Shown here one piece after another: positions 13,247 through 36,138 of a DNA stretch of 64,000 bases. The number at the start of each line of letters is the position of its first letter. Within the stretch, counting starts at the first letter, position 1. The position numbers were made by a program, and so were the translations under genes. The notes under the pieces are model-generated. The model searched no databases and was not told the DNA's origin. It saw only the letters and a list, made by a program, of their open reading frames with translations. The stretch is from positions 140,422 to 204,421 of the forward strand of contig NC_092678.1 of the NCBI RefSeq assembly GCF_964355755.1, given 5' to 3'. The DNA is from Antedon mediterranea. Lineage: Eukaryota > Animalia > Echinodermata.

Positions 13247-13452
13247 CGGTACATATGTATCTGTGGCTGAGATAATGAATGAGGTATTAAAAATACATTC
13301 ATTTACATACTGTATGTAGATATGTACCTGTGGCTGAGATAATGAATGAGGTATTAAAGATACATTCATTTACATACTGTATGTACATATGTACTTGTGG
13401 CTGAGATAATGAATGAGGTATTAAAAATACATTCATTTACATACTGTATGTA
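13247..13452. repeat. ~67-bp tandem repeat, 3 copies
   Basis: TGTGGCTGAGATAATGAATGAGGTATTAAA...CATACTGTATGTA units. Confidence 0.9.
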
Positions 13453-15013
13453 GAGTTTTAATGATATTTCAACACTTTTGCTTCCTTTAGTAAAAATTTA
13501 ATTTAGTGTCCACATACACAATTGGCATAAAAATATTATAATGTACCACCACAGAACATTCCATGTTGTAGTTGTCTTAAACCACAGCAGGATGTGTTTC
13601 CTTTATCCTGTATTCTGATCCTTTAAATAGTAGCAGACGACGACCTCATCCTCCAAAATCACTTAAACTTGTTTTCATTGAGATTGTTAAGTCCACAGCA
13701 ATAATAAAAATATAGTAGGAACAAGCTTCATGAGCTTGGAAATAAATAAAACAGTTATAATATACTGCACACCAATACATTCTTTTTTCATATCTTTTAG
13801 ATACATTACAACAAAGCTACACATTTCAATATAAATTTATATTACAATATCTCAATATTTTATTATTATTTAGAAGACAATATTACTTTTGTAATCTGAT
13901 TTCTAACAATTAAAATGTTAAAATAAAATGTTTGTATCGCATAGTTTCATAGCCACCAACAAACAAACCAACAAACTATAGTAAAATATAATATTGCAGG
14001 TTTCATTAAAATGTTAAAAAATACAAGATTTAAAACTTGTGGTCATTTAAGACCAGCAGAATATTCTGTTATTATTATTTGCATTGCAAAGGGATAGTAA
14101 TTACAATTGATATTTTGTAATTTATAATAATATATACGGTTGTCTACGACAGACAAATACACTTTACAATCCAGACTCTCTATATCTTCGTATTCATAAT
14201 TTTAAATAAATTAACTAGACTATCTAGTGTCACCTTTCGTCTAATTGCTGCATTTTATTTATTTTACAGTTTCATTTACAAAGATTTAATTTTATGAATT
14301 TAACTTTTGATATGAAATAAATTGTTTGTACAAATTATACAGTTACTTAATGTGTGCGTGTGGACATGCATGCTACACATCATCATTCAACTGTGCTGTC
14401 GTCAAAAGTGTCAAGCATTTCTGTCTGAAAATGTACACTTTTACACTTGTGTATTTCAATTATTATCAAATTAATTCAAATTCCATGTTAATTAAGAATA
14501 TTATACAAAATATTTACAACTTGTTGTAAAATTATTTTGTACTAGACTTTAGATTGTTAAAACAGTTAAATTTCATCATTTTAAAATAAAACACAGAAAT
14601 ACACTGTAAAACCCTGATATGTCCGCTTGGTGTACATCTTGTGCTAGTCTACTATTTGAGACGTCAAATTTTGCTGGGAAAACTGGCGAGTAGGAGAAAG
14701 TGGGCAAGTGGCACAACCGACGACGGGGCAAGTGGCGCCAGCGACGACGACGGTAGCAGTTGTATCCATCTCATTAACACTATAAACAAGCAATGTTAAA
14801 GAAAAGGAAAGCAAACATAAATCAATTAAATTATGAGTTGCATGAAAATGTTAATAAGCATTCAATAATCACATGCTAACATTAAATAATATTTGGAATT
14901 AATGTGTTTTATGATGAAATAAATAATACTAAATAGGTATAAAGATCATGCAAAATATAAGCCTTCTGTACAAGATATGAAAATGAATGAATGAAAAATT
15001 ATGATAGCGCAAA

Positions 15014-15155
15014 TAAACAGTAATATCATAGTGGATTAAACAGTGATATCATAGTGCAAATAAACAGTGATATCATAGTGGATTAAACAGTGATATCATA
15101 GTGGATTAAACAGTGATATCATAGTGGATTAAACAGTGATATCATAGTGGATTAA
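15014..15155. repeat. ~24-bp tandem repeat, ~6 copies
   Basis: AAACAGTGATATCATAGTGGATT units. Confidence 0.9.
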
Positions 15156-15661
15156 CATACTTGTACAAACCATAATTGTGAAATATGAGTTTAATTCTTA
15201 AATTGACTCATCAAAACCACAACCTATAAAAATTTAAAACTTTTTCATCGCTTTTGAATGAAGTGAATCATCATGAACGCAATAGGATAAATGACAACAA
15301 AGAATACACAAATGAATAGTACAAGGATACAAGCACCAAACACAGCAGGTAACATACAATCTCTACATGTGCTTATTATTAATAACAATGTTAGACAACC
15401 TCCACCTATTGTGATAAGCACCAGACAATCTCTACATGTGCTTATTATTAATAACATCATATTTTAGACAACCTCCACCTGTGATACACTATCAGGGTGA
15501 TGTAATGTTATAAAGACGATTTCATCATAAAGATGATTAGTAATCTTACATTAATAGATTAATTACAAATGAACTTAGAATTAAGTACAGTGTCAAACAA
15601 GAAATAAGTGCATTATTCCGTGAATTTGTGATGTTAATATATGAATTATATGATAATAAGA

Positions 15662-15801
15662 CACATTGAATTGTATAGGTCTATGATGACATCACTATCA
15701 ACCTGTATCATCATAACAGAGATATTATAAGTATAATATCTCTATGATGATACAGGTTGATAGTGATGTCATTGTCATCATAGACCTATACAATTGATGT
15801 G
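15662..15801. repeat. Long inverted repeat (foldback), ~60-bp arms, 2-nt loop
   Basis: AATTGTATAGGTCTATGATGACATCACTATCAACCTGTATCATCAT..AGAGATATTATA-AG-TATAATATCTCT-ATGATGATACAGGTTGATAGTGATGTC..ATCATAGACCTATACAATT. Confidence 0.92.
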
Positions 15802-17405
15802 AGGTTCAGATGAAACACATTCCCAAGTGAAGGTTGTTATACTATTGTGTGGCTTCAGTGTTACCCTGCAATGTGTATACAATACAACTAGTATATTATG
15901 TAGATTTGTACTGATTTAAGAAGGTATTTATACCTAATTTACTTTGAAGGACTTAAAACTGGTACTTGTAAATGTTCTTTCAGGAAGTATGACTATTAGT
16001 ATCACTATTATATTTTACTAATAAAGTGTATAAATACAGAAATTGAAGAATTCTGACAATTTCCCTAAACCTTGAGTCTTTTGATTTTTGTAACAAATAA
16101 GATGTGAATGTAAATCCAGTTGATACCTTTAAAGTTCAAAGGTTAATAATCAGATGACTTCAATTACCTGGCAACATGGCAGCTATTGCAGGTGAAACTT
16201 TAATATCAATTTCAGTCTGTTTTTAGCTAAATTCATTAATTATACAATATTCAAAATATTATATTAGTGAACAATGACCCCATACGTCCGTTTACAGTGC
16301 TAGTGCTCGTGTGCAGTGAATTCAACGGAATTTAGCATAAATTATTCAAGACTTTTAATCCATTTCACACCAAAGACATTGATACCTGTAGGAGGATTGA
16401 GAATGTTGTAGACTTAGAGATAATTTGTAATTTGTTAATGCACTTAATATCCTGGGAAATACCAATACCGTGTGTTAATATATCATATACGTACCTAAAT
16501 AAGTCACCGGCTCATGGTTTCTTTAAAAAATAATGATATTGTCATTACTGTAAGTAAAACAATTTAAAACAGAGATGCCTGGAAGGTGGCAACACTGTTT
16601 CTTGTTAAACTTTAACCTGTTTTGGATGACTATATTATGATAGGAGTTTAACATAATTATTTACATTGCAAGGAACAAGACAGATACGAATACGTCATTC
16701 TGATTGGTGGAATTGCTATAGATGACTCAACAGATTCAAAGAAAGATTTATATCTCAATTTAACAGACAACATCTAGCCACCTGCATACAGTTTGAAAAC
16801 TAAATCTACTGTAAAACTGAATAACCTAGTATTGTACAGTACACATGGAGGTAATAATATACTAATGACAGTGAACTGTATCGGCAGTAGCGTTACCAGT
16901 TGAAACTGCTTACAAAATATACTATGATGCTAAACATTTTGTTTATGCAGCTGACATGATGATAAATTTGAAAATAAATTAATTGAAAGTGTTGAACAGA
17001 CAAAAGTGGTGCAATATAAATAATAGCCAGCAGCCTATCCATCTGCTTCATCATACAATACATGGTGATGTGTGCACAAATAAACAACAAAATAAACTAT
17101 TCCAGGATAAAATAATAACAAACAACTTGACAATGGGAGGATGTAGCCAGAATGAAAACACAGATAAGGAGGCCGAATCACAACACTACTATCACAACAC
17201 ACATAAAGCATACATACATACCCAGTATCAAGTACATTAGTCCTGATAATAACAAAGAAAAAAAGAATCTCTGTGAACCAGTAATTATGACGCTAAAAGA
17301 CGCATTTTTAAAAATATCAGAAATGTACTAACTAATCATACAGTACAATAGGTATTGGAAATATGTTAATGTTGAACGATTTCTTTAATTTCTGCCTACT
17401 GTACA

Positions 17406-17450
17406 TTACAGAATTGTTACAGGTCGATACAAATTCCTTATCGTCTCAAT
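17406..17450 (-). CDS. Candidate alternative terminal coding exon of BICD (IETIRNLYRPVTIL*)
   Basis: Strong acceptor TTTTATTTTGTGTTCAG|A; in frame (phase 0) with the internal donor at 20474. Confidence 0.5.
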   Translation of the reverse strand: METIRNLYRPVTIL

Positions 17451-19879
17451 CTGAACACAAAATAAAACATAGTAGTAATTTGCTTTTGCTTATTAAAGTA
17501 AATTTTGACAATTAGACATTAAGATCTTTAAATTTTCTTTTTCTCATGATAATGAAAGGGCAAGCATTCAAATAAAGTAGTTGCAGAGCTACAGCAATGA
17601 TTGATGAAAGTGAATAGGACATTATTATGTGGCTAAGCAGACTGATTTAAGCATGACCCTTGAAAGAACTGATCGATTAAGTAAGAGTGACCTAATAAGG
17701 TTCTGGTTATTACATTTAATACTATCAATAAATTATTAATCTATACAAATTCTCTATTATAATTTATTTCCATTATAAAAATGATGATTACACATTACAT
17801 ACAAGAGCAGTCTATGATTGGGTTATATTACAACACCTGTCAGTCTTTGCTAATAAATACAGTTTCTAATACAAGTTCCTGATCTCATCATAACCCATGG
17901 GTATGGATCACATGTCAGTTGCTAGGGAAAATGTTTCTAATGCAGGTTGCTATTGGATTTTATTATTGACAGTATGAAAATAATAAAAAATATGAATTAC
18001 GGAAAACTGATTATTTGTGAAAGATGTTCGCTAATCATGATTTAAAAAGTAAATTAAATTTTGTATATGATATACAGTTTTGGTTTAGGTTTGTTATTAT
18101 TTGTTCAATTATTCAAAATCAATTTTATATATTATTCAATATTTTCTATAACTATATAGTTTACACACATAAATAATATTAAGTAGATTAGTCTTGTATA
18201 CGGTATGTATAATCCTGGACGACCAAGTTATTGATTTTTAACTGTTTAGTATAGTACAAATTTAGAATCAAAATTCAATATGGCTATATTTGTTATTATT
18301 TCAAAAGCAAAATGTTATTCTTTGGGCTTAACTTTGAATAACAATAGCTGTGTAATTAATCAGACACTGGTATTCGTTTTAGATGGAATATGTCTAAAGG
18401 CTTTTGGCTAAAAACAATAGATATGAACAACATGATCTCCTTGATGATTGAGGAATGCTGCTAGACAGGAAGTGATCATTGAGCCTTTCAACCAGGGACG
18501 GACTGTCAATACACTTGCCGGCTTTTAAATTTTCTTAGAAAATCCAATTGATATTTAAATCCATACTACGTATAAAACTATAGAGGTTTTTATACTTCCA
18601 TGATAAAACCCATTCAAAGTATCTTTTTTTTAATTATTTAATTGTTTTAAAAAGTATGAAAAATTGTAATATTTTTATTGCATTGATCATGGACTTTTTA
18701 ATACTCTATATCTATATATTAATTAAAAACTAGTATAAAAATAATGTTTTTCTAAAAAATGTTTATCTATAAAATGTAATGTAATTGAAATACATATCAC
18801 CTTTCTATGACCTATAGAAAGCATTCACAAGGGTTTGGCTATTACAGGCTTGCCTAAGGATTCTACATCCTTTGTGCCAACTAAATTTATTAACAAATCA
18901 ATATACATAATTGCTATCTTTCAGCAGACATGCTATTTGTGTAATGTTATCAATTTTACATCTAAATGTAATGCTGCTTCTAACAGTAATTTAAAAACTC
19001 ATTCAAACATGGCAGTGTAAACTATGGCAGTTATATCACAAACATAAAATTATATAAAAATGGGGAATAACAGTATTCCCTTTACAAAGGTTTCTTCTTT
19101 CTTTAAAAAAGTGAATTTTGAGAATTATTTCAAATTTGGAATAAATAAATTTATACATTATTAAATTGTCATTTGTTAATGTTATAAGTAAAGTGATGAT
19201 GATGAGTTGTAATGAAGAGAGCAAGAATGAAATTTCAAAATGCAATAAAAATGATTAAAAACATATATCACAAATAATACTACCTAACAAACATGTTAAT
19301 TATGTGATTAGTTGATGAGATGTTAAAAGAAAAAGACTGCAGTATAATGAGGTGGATATACCTACCAACAATCTAGCAACATTGACATTGCAAAGTTTAA
19401 AATATTTGTTGAAAAATGATATTCTTATAAACCAATAATAAGTAAAAATAGATTAAAACCAAGCAAACGAACTTATCTAGAAAATACAACAATTATAGTT
19501 GCATGCATTCAGACAATAAAGAAAGAAACCAAGTTCATGGTGATGATATCTTAATAAGATAATGTATATGTAAGCATATTCTTAAATTGAATTCAATGAA
19601 CTTTACATAAACTACAGTGTTGAATTTGAGTAAAGAATCATTAAGTATGTCTTCAATTCTTGCATAATGTTAAGTGACAGTGCTTAAGAATATGCTGAAC
19701 ATACTAAAGAAATAATCCAGCTCAGAGCTTTCAAGAACAGTCACACATAACATCTGTTTTGAAGTATATAAGAAACAAAAGCAGTGCATTTTGAAAAGGG
19801 AAGGGCGGGACAGAGTTTAAAAAGGGTGTGGTCACAGGAAGGTGACAAAGCTGTATATTATTTGGGTGTGTCTACTTAC

Positions 19880-19889
19880 GTCGTTAGAA
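19880..19889 (-). CDS. Candidate 10-nt BICD microexon (TTC TAA CGAC; adds F-stop)
   Basis: TATAAAG|TTCTAACGAC|GTAAGT with a pyrimidine-rich tract upstream. Confidence 0.45.
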
Positions 19890-20345
19890 CTTTATACATT
19901 TGACCAAAATATCGTTGGGGGAAGAGGGAAATAATAGTATTAACTGAAATTAAACGTTCTACATAATAATACATCATGAACACATTCTACAGTGTTACAG
20001 AATTATCATAATTATTACCCCTATAAATAACCGAGAATGATTTAATTGTTTTAAAACATTTGATTGAATGTACTGGAAGTACTGAACTTGAAAGCTCATA
20101 TCGCTACAGAAAAAATTGGATATGGTTGTTCAATCTACCCCATTAAAAAATATTAAAAATACCAAATAAGGCAAGCATTTAAAATGGCAATAAGGCAAAC
20201 ATTTAAAACTATGCAAAGCAAAATGACCAGTGAAAGAGATGACTAAAAACAAATGAGCAAAGGCAGTTTGATTTTTAAAGGCAATTAAGGAGCAATTTGT
20301 GTTGAATGAAAGGTAATGGAAACACAAGAACACAATTTGACATTA

Positions 20346-23183
20346 CTAAAGCCATGTGACTGGGGCATGTTTTGATGGAGGAGGTTTGGAAGCATAATGT
20401 TTTGAAGGATTGTTAGGTGGTGTTGTAGGTGGTGATTTTGGAGGAGGAAGGTGAGAAGATTTAGGAGAACTCACTTTGGAAGACCGTTGTTTACGTGCAA
20501 CGGACGATGGTTGCTTGCGGACACTCTGGCTTTCATACCGGAACTCTAGATCCTCTAGTCGTTGTGTCAATGCTAGTTTTTGCTGAATTGCCATTCTCAG
20601 CAACGAGTTTAATGTTTTCTTTTCTTCTTCCGCTGACAGTAACTGTCTCTGATAGTCATCCAGTTGAGTTACGTACTCATCACACCGACTAGCAAACATG
20701 GCTCGTAGCGTCGTAAACGTCGCAGCATCTTCTTTCAAAGCCTTTAACTCGCCTCTCAATTTCATCATAGTTTCCGCAATTATCTGCTTTTCACTTTCAT
20801 ATTTACTCTTAAGGTTAGCCAATGCAACTTCAGCAGTGGTTTTATTTGCTTTGAGAACGGTTCTCAACGTTGCAACTTGTTCCCGCTTGGTAGTCAACAG
20901 CGATTTAAGTTTCACAACTTGTTCTTGTAAGTCTTCATTTTCGGTGGAACCGCCCGCTTCTATCCTCTTGCGAGACACTTCAACAGTATGCTCAACAGAA
21001 CGCTTCAAATATTTAATTTGATCTTTAACAGTGGATATTAAGTTCAAACATGTCATGGGATCGCCATGCACTTTTTCTGTAGAACCATTGACCGGTTTGG
21101 TAGATGACTTTTGTGAAGATTCAGTTGATTTTCCATTACTGACTGCATCATCTACTTCTTTTAAATTAATATCAGAATTTTTTCGTTCTTTGTTACTATC
21201 AGAAGCTTTTGATTCTTTCAGACGGTTTGCGATGTCAGCTCTGAAACTGTCACGTCGACTTTGCCTGGTTGCTTTAAAATGATCAAGCATGATTCTATGT
21301 GGTGTTTCCCCATTGATCATACAAACATGATGGTACAACTGTGAAATGTCTTCACTCACACTAACCAGTTCATCTTGCGTACAGTCCAAATGTCCTTGCG
21401 TTTCTGACATCGATTCAGTCATTTCTTTACATTTTAATTGTAATAATTTATAGTTTTCTTGTTGCTTTTTGTCTTTTACTGTCAATGTTTTAATTTCTTC
21501 TTGAAGTTCGGTAACACTTTTATTTCTTTCTTCCTCCGATTCTAATGACTTTTTTAAGTCGTTGTATCGCCGTTCATACCTGTGTACAAGTTGTATAAGC
21601 TGATGAACCTTTGTAAGATTGTCATCCTTGGTAAACTCATCCTTGTCATCGGCCTTCTCATCTTCACCGTTGCTAATTTCCGACATGTCTAGCGTTTTGC
21701 TTAATTCTGATTTTTCAGTTAGAAGTCTCTTTACTTGCATTTCAAGTTTCTGTATTTCAGAGCTGTGAAGTTCACTGAAAAGATCATTAGCTAGATTTGG
21801 CGGTTTCTGTGAGTTGTCGTTACCTTGCGACGAGGCGTATTCATATTCCATTCGTTGTAAGATAGGATGGGCAGGTTCATCATCATCAGAGCCAAGGTTG
21901 GTCCTGTTTTCTAAGTCTTCGTTTAGAGCTTCTAACTCTGACAGCATTGCTTGATCTAATTCTTTTTTCAAAGCATGTTTCTGTTCTCGTTCGCTCTCTA
22001 GCACCTTTAAAGTTTCTTCCACTTGCTTCTCGGCAATTTCTTTTAGTCGGACTAAATCTTCAATTTGAGAATTTAGGAATTCTGCATCCTCTATCAGCCG
22101 CCTGTTTTCGTGTTTCAATGCTTCATACTCAACTTGCGATGATTTTAATGAAGAAACCTGAAAATTGAAATAATAAAACATCAGAAACTTGTTAACATTT
22201 ATATTAAAAACACAAACAATGACAAATCATGATTCAATTTTGTTTAAATACATACCTGCTTTTGCATAGCAATGTTTTCCTCCTCAAGTTCACTGTAGTC
22301 TTGCAGCAACCTGGTCTCTCTGAATTTCAACTCTCTAACCTCATCTCGAGCTGCTTTACGCTGGCTCTCCACTTTCTCCAACGAGGACGTCGAATCAGAA
22401 CTCTTGCTATGAAAATGCTCATTTTCACTTTTATACCGCTCTACTTGCTGCTTGCTTTGTCTTACTTCTAACTCAAGGTCTGAGATACGCGTCAATAAGT
22501 CTGCCTCACGAGTCGCAGATTCTTGCAGCAAGCTCTCTTCTCTGTTAACTTCAATGATTGTATGTTTCTTTTGGGATAGTTGATGATGTTCCAAGGCCTG
22601 AATAAAAAGTGGATCATACATTAATATTTGAACATTATCTTTCTAATTAATTTAGTTAATACATTAATAATACAGTTAATTTGTTTGGGATTAGCTTAGT
22701 TACAGTAAGTTTTAAAAGGCTTTTGTTATTGTTAGTAGTAGTACTACAGCTGTTTATAATTTAAATTATTCTCTTATATAATATATAATTGTTACAAAAA
22801 TAAGCCCACAGACAGTTAATAACCTATGGCTATGCAGGTAATACTAATAAACACATTTTTTAAAAGTATCAAATTATTTATTCCAATCCTAGTTTAATAA
22901 ATAAATGCAAATTATACGTAGGCCAGCCTATATAGCCTACATAATAAAAAAAAAACCAATAACACACCTCTTTCGCATGAATAAGTTCTTGTTTTGTGGC
23001 TTCATATAGCTTTTCAACATCTTCGAGCTGGGCCTTGACAGTTTGTTTCTCTTCCAACACAACCAAGCCGTATTCGGCCGCTTGAATTTTTTCTCGCTGG
23101 GCTTGCTCGAGTTCACATCTCAATCTAGCTACAACTACACTTAACTCCTCAATTGTTTCACCGAATTCATCTGAATCAGACAT
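20346..23183 (-). CDS. BICD: Bicaudal D dynein cargo adaptor, exons 23183-22968, 22597-22256, 22157-20346 (~789 aa read-through form)
   Basis: Motifs EKIQAAEYGLVVLEEK, REESLLQES, LKFRETRLLQDYSELEEENI, KLKSLLTTKREQVATLRTVLKANK, LRMAIQQKLALTQRLEDLE; all introns phase 0, GT-AG. Confidence 0.96.
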
Positions 23184-23764
23184 TATGGTATTTTTTAATA
23201 AATTACCTGCCTACAATAAATATCACCTTTTAAAAAATAAATATTTTATCTCAAAAATAGAGAGAGGAGTGTCGCTCATCAACTATCCCAGTTCATCGCC
23301 ATTACTTTTTTCTTTAGGATATTATTGAAGACGATACCATTATACTTGTTGGGTGTTGAAATCAAAGAACTTGTTATAAGTTCTTTGGTTTATGGAAATA
23401 ATTGACTGAAGTAACATTATTTCTAAAACTATAAAAAGTGATTATTCACATAAATAATTGTTTTTTAGTAAAGCAATTGTCATTAAACTTATTATTGATT
23501 TAAAAATAAATTGTTTAGAAACATCTCTTTGTACTTAAAATACCTTACAGAAAAGTAGTGCCTTCTAAATATATAGAGGGCGTGCGATAGATTTGTGTTG
23601 TTAACCTTGACCCCAAACTTACTTCCGTTGCTGGTTTTTGGTCTCTGCCTCCACGTAAACATTACATTACGTAGGCCTACATTATTTTAGTCTAGGCCTA
23701 AGAAATAATAATATAAATAACGACTTTTGTTTGAATCAGAAATGAGAAATATTGTAACTTCATC
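23184..23764. promoter_or_regulatory. Bidirectional promoter region BICD/TMEM167B
   Basis: Head-to-head ATGs ~580 bp apart; ETS-like ACTTCCG (23621), YY1-like CGCCATT (~23297), TATAGAGGGCGT (23572). Confidence 0.7.
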
Positions 23765-24318
23765 ATGACAAATGGTATGTATTAAACGATTAAACACATT
23801 CAGTTTTATATAATAAAGCAAACCTTTTTTTTTTTAATACACCAGAAATAATGCAATATACAACACTGCTGTCTGTGGCAGTGAGTGCACAATGTCTGAA
23901 ATGTATAATAAATAGGTAGGGATATTTTCAAGAATGATTTTACCATGTTTTAACATATTTCTATGTTTTTTTAAAGTATACTCATTCGATGGGCTGATCA
24001 TTTTGGCCTTGCTTATAATTTGCACGTGCGCTTACATGAGACGAGTACCAAGGTTGAAGAAATGGTTCCTATCGGAAAAGAAAGGTTTTCTAGGTATTTT
24101 TTATAAAGGTAAATTAATTGAGAATATGCAATTTTATTTTGTTCATTTTTAAATTATAATGCAACAGATTTATCTATATTTACAATCCTATAGTTGAATT
24201 GAAGGATTAATTTTAAATGTTCTCTGTTTTTTCAGCTTCAATAATTGGAACAAGGTTACATTTTGCAGTTGCAATAACATGTACATTTATGGCGGTGTAT
24301 GTATTACTTTTAAAGTGA
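23765..24318 (+). CDS. TMEM167B: Protein kish-B, 74 aa, exons 23765-23774, 23977-24108, 24236-24318
   Basis: Spliced translation [74 protein letters not shown] resembles TMEM167B over its full length. Confidence 0.95.
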
Positions 24319-25511
24319 CAATTACAATAATACAAAGCTACAAATGTAGACATTTGTGAAACATAGTAAAAGATAAAAAGAGGAAACTTAGAATCCAGAA
24401 TGATGTCAGCAGCTGAAATGAAAGGTTAAAATGGACGCCGCAAACAATGATGCCACCGGTCAAATGCCATATAAACCTGGAAGCTACTGTCATGCATTAT
24501 CATCTTTAATCGCTGCGGAAAAAAAAAAGTTTCTAAATGTTTGCCTCAAAGACGTACAAATGTTGAGCATATTTATTTAGTATTTTTGTAGGCCACTCAC
24601 TCACTCCTTTCAACATAATTTACTAACATTTTTTGTAATGAAAGATTCACTCTATAAATGATAGTAAATTAAAAGTTCTATTTATCTTGTGATTACAATG
24701 TAAAATGGTTGTGAGCATATTTTTTTCTAAATGATATACTTTGTATAGGCAGCATGTGATTTGTTAAAATCTATTTTAGTTGTTTTTGTACATATAATAA
24801 ATAACCAGGACAATGTATTTTGTCTGTACATATATCTTTTATTCTACATATCTTGGGGATCTAAACCCCCCTGCTATTTCATTTATATTTTTTATTTTCT
24901 TTCTTTTTAAAAAGTATTTTATTAACTACAAAATTAATGAAGCTTTTAATATACAACATGCAATTGAAAAAAAATGTATTTCCTACGAACAGAAATGCAT
25001 GATGGGATACTAATGGTTGCCTAGGTCAATACTGATAGATCACTAAATACTTTTGATATTTTATTTATTTTTCGGTAATAAAAAGTACAATTATGGTAAC
25101 TTCAGCTTGTAATCCCAGCATGCATTGCATCCATATGGAAATAATGAATTATAATTATAATACAAATTTATCTCAATAATTGTTTTTTTTAAACATATTT
25201 ATTGTATTTGTGCCGAGTTTAAGGATAGCTTGTATAATAATGAGGCTATTTGATAAACCACCAAATTGCCATACTCTTACTAAAATATAAACATTTGTAT
25301 TACACAATATTCAATATCACTCACAGTATTTTGAATCAAAAAATCATGTACAAATTGAGGAATAAAATAATAAAACACATCCAAGACAAACTTTAAAATG
25401 ATTTTTTAACAAATTATTTAAAACTTTGGCAAGTAAAAATGTTGAATGATTAGTTTCCCAACAATAAATGTGATTTGATCAATATGATCCAAGTTCATTT
25501 TACCCCACAAA

Positions 25512-25619
25512 TAATTAGTGCTAAGGGAATTAAACCATAATTAGTGCTAAGGGAATTAAACCATAATTAGTGCTAAGGGAATTAAACCATAATTAGTGCT
25601 AAGGGAATTAAACCATAAT
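25512..25619. repeat. 26-bp tandem repeat, 4 copies
   Basis: TAATTAGTGCTAAGGGAATTAAACCA units. Confidence 0.92.
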
Positions 25620-25894
25620 GTGCAAGACGTTCAATAACATTTATTTTGTACACAAGGACACTGTACATTGAAAGGATATAAGATTATTAAAACTCTTTAG
25701 ACTCCGTGGAGCAGTTCTTGCACAATGCATCAGTTGTTGAACTAAATGTAATATAACTACAGTAACAAGGAGGCTATCATTGTATTTATAACATAAAAAC
25801 ATGTTTATAATCAAGTAGAAGGTTGAATATGGTCATACTACAGTAGAAAGCTGTAAAAACTCATGTTTATTTATTTGGTTAAAGAGGACAAAAG

Positions 25895-26579
25895 TAAACA
25901 GAATGCCTACAACACAGCCTTGCTTTAAACATGGTGAGTAGTTGTAGCAGCAGTGTAACAGAATGCCTACAACACAGCCTTGCTTTAAACATGGTGAGTA
26001 GTTGTAGCAGCACAGTGTAGCAGAATGCCTACAACACAGCCTTGCTTTAAACATGGTGAGTAGTTGTAGCAGCAAAGTGTAACAGAATGCCTACAACACA
26101 GCCTTGCTTTAAACATGGTGAGTAGTTGTAGCAGCACAGTGTAGCAGAATGCCTACAACACAGCCTTGCTTTAAACACGGTGAGTAGTTGTAGCAGCACA
26201 GTGTAACAGAATGCCTACAACACAGCCTTGCTTTAAACATGGTGAGTAGTTGTAGCAGCACAGTCAGTGTAACAGAATGCCTACAACACAGCCTTGCTTT
26301 AAACATGGTGAGTAGTTGTAGCAGCACAGTGTAACAGAATGCCTACAACACAGCCTTGCTTTAAACATGGTGAGTAGTTGTAGCAGCAGTGTAACAGAAT
26401 GCCTACAACACAGCCTTGCTTTAAACATGGTGAGTAGTTGTAGCAGCACAGTGTAGCAGAATGCCTACAACACAGCCTTGCTTTAAACATGGTGAGTAGT
26501 TGTAGCAGCACAGTGTAGCAGAATGCCTACAACACAGCCTTGCTTTAAACATGGTGAGTAGTTGTAGCAGCACAGTGTA
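25895..26579. repeat. ~63-bp tandem array (~11 copies) in the MAPKAPK2 3' UTR
   Basis: CAGAATGCCTACAACACAGCCTTGCTTTAAACATGGTGAGTAGTTGTAGCAGCACAGTGTA units, starting ~43 nt after the stop codon. Confidence 0.95.
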
Positions 26580-26621
26580 GAGGTAGTGAAAGAAGAACTT
26601 TACAGATTGCAATTTAGTAAA

Positions 26622-36138
<9,517 letters not shown>

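Noticed and set aside
16495-16520. 26-nt AG..GT candidate BICD microexon
   Set aside because: Plausible sites but no independent support; such matches are common in AT-rich DNA.
25833-26612. Repetitive ORFs MLLQLLTMFKARLCC...
   Set aside because: Translations of the 63-bp 3' UTR minisatellite, with frequent frame-shifting indels.
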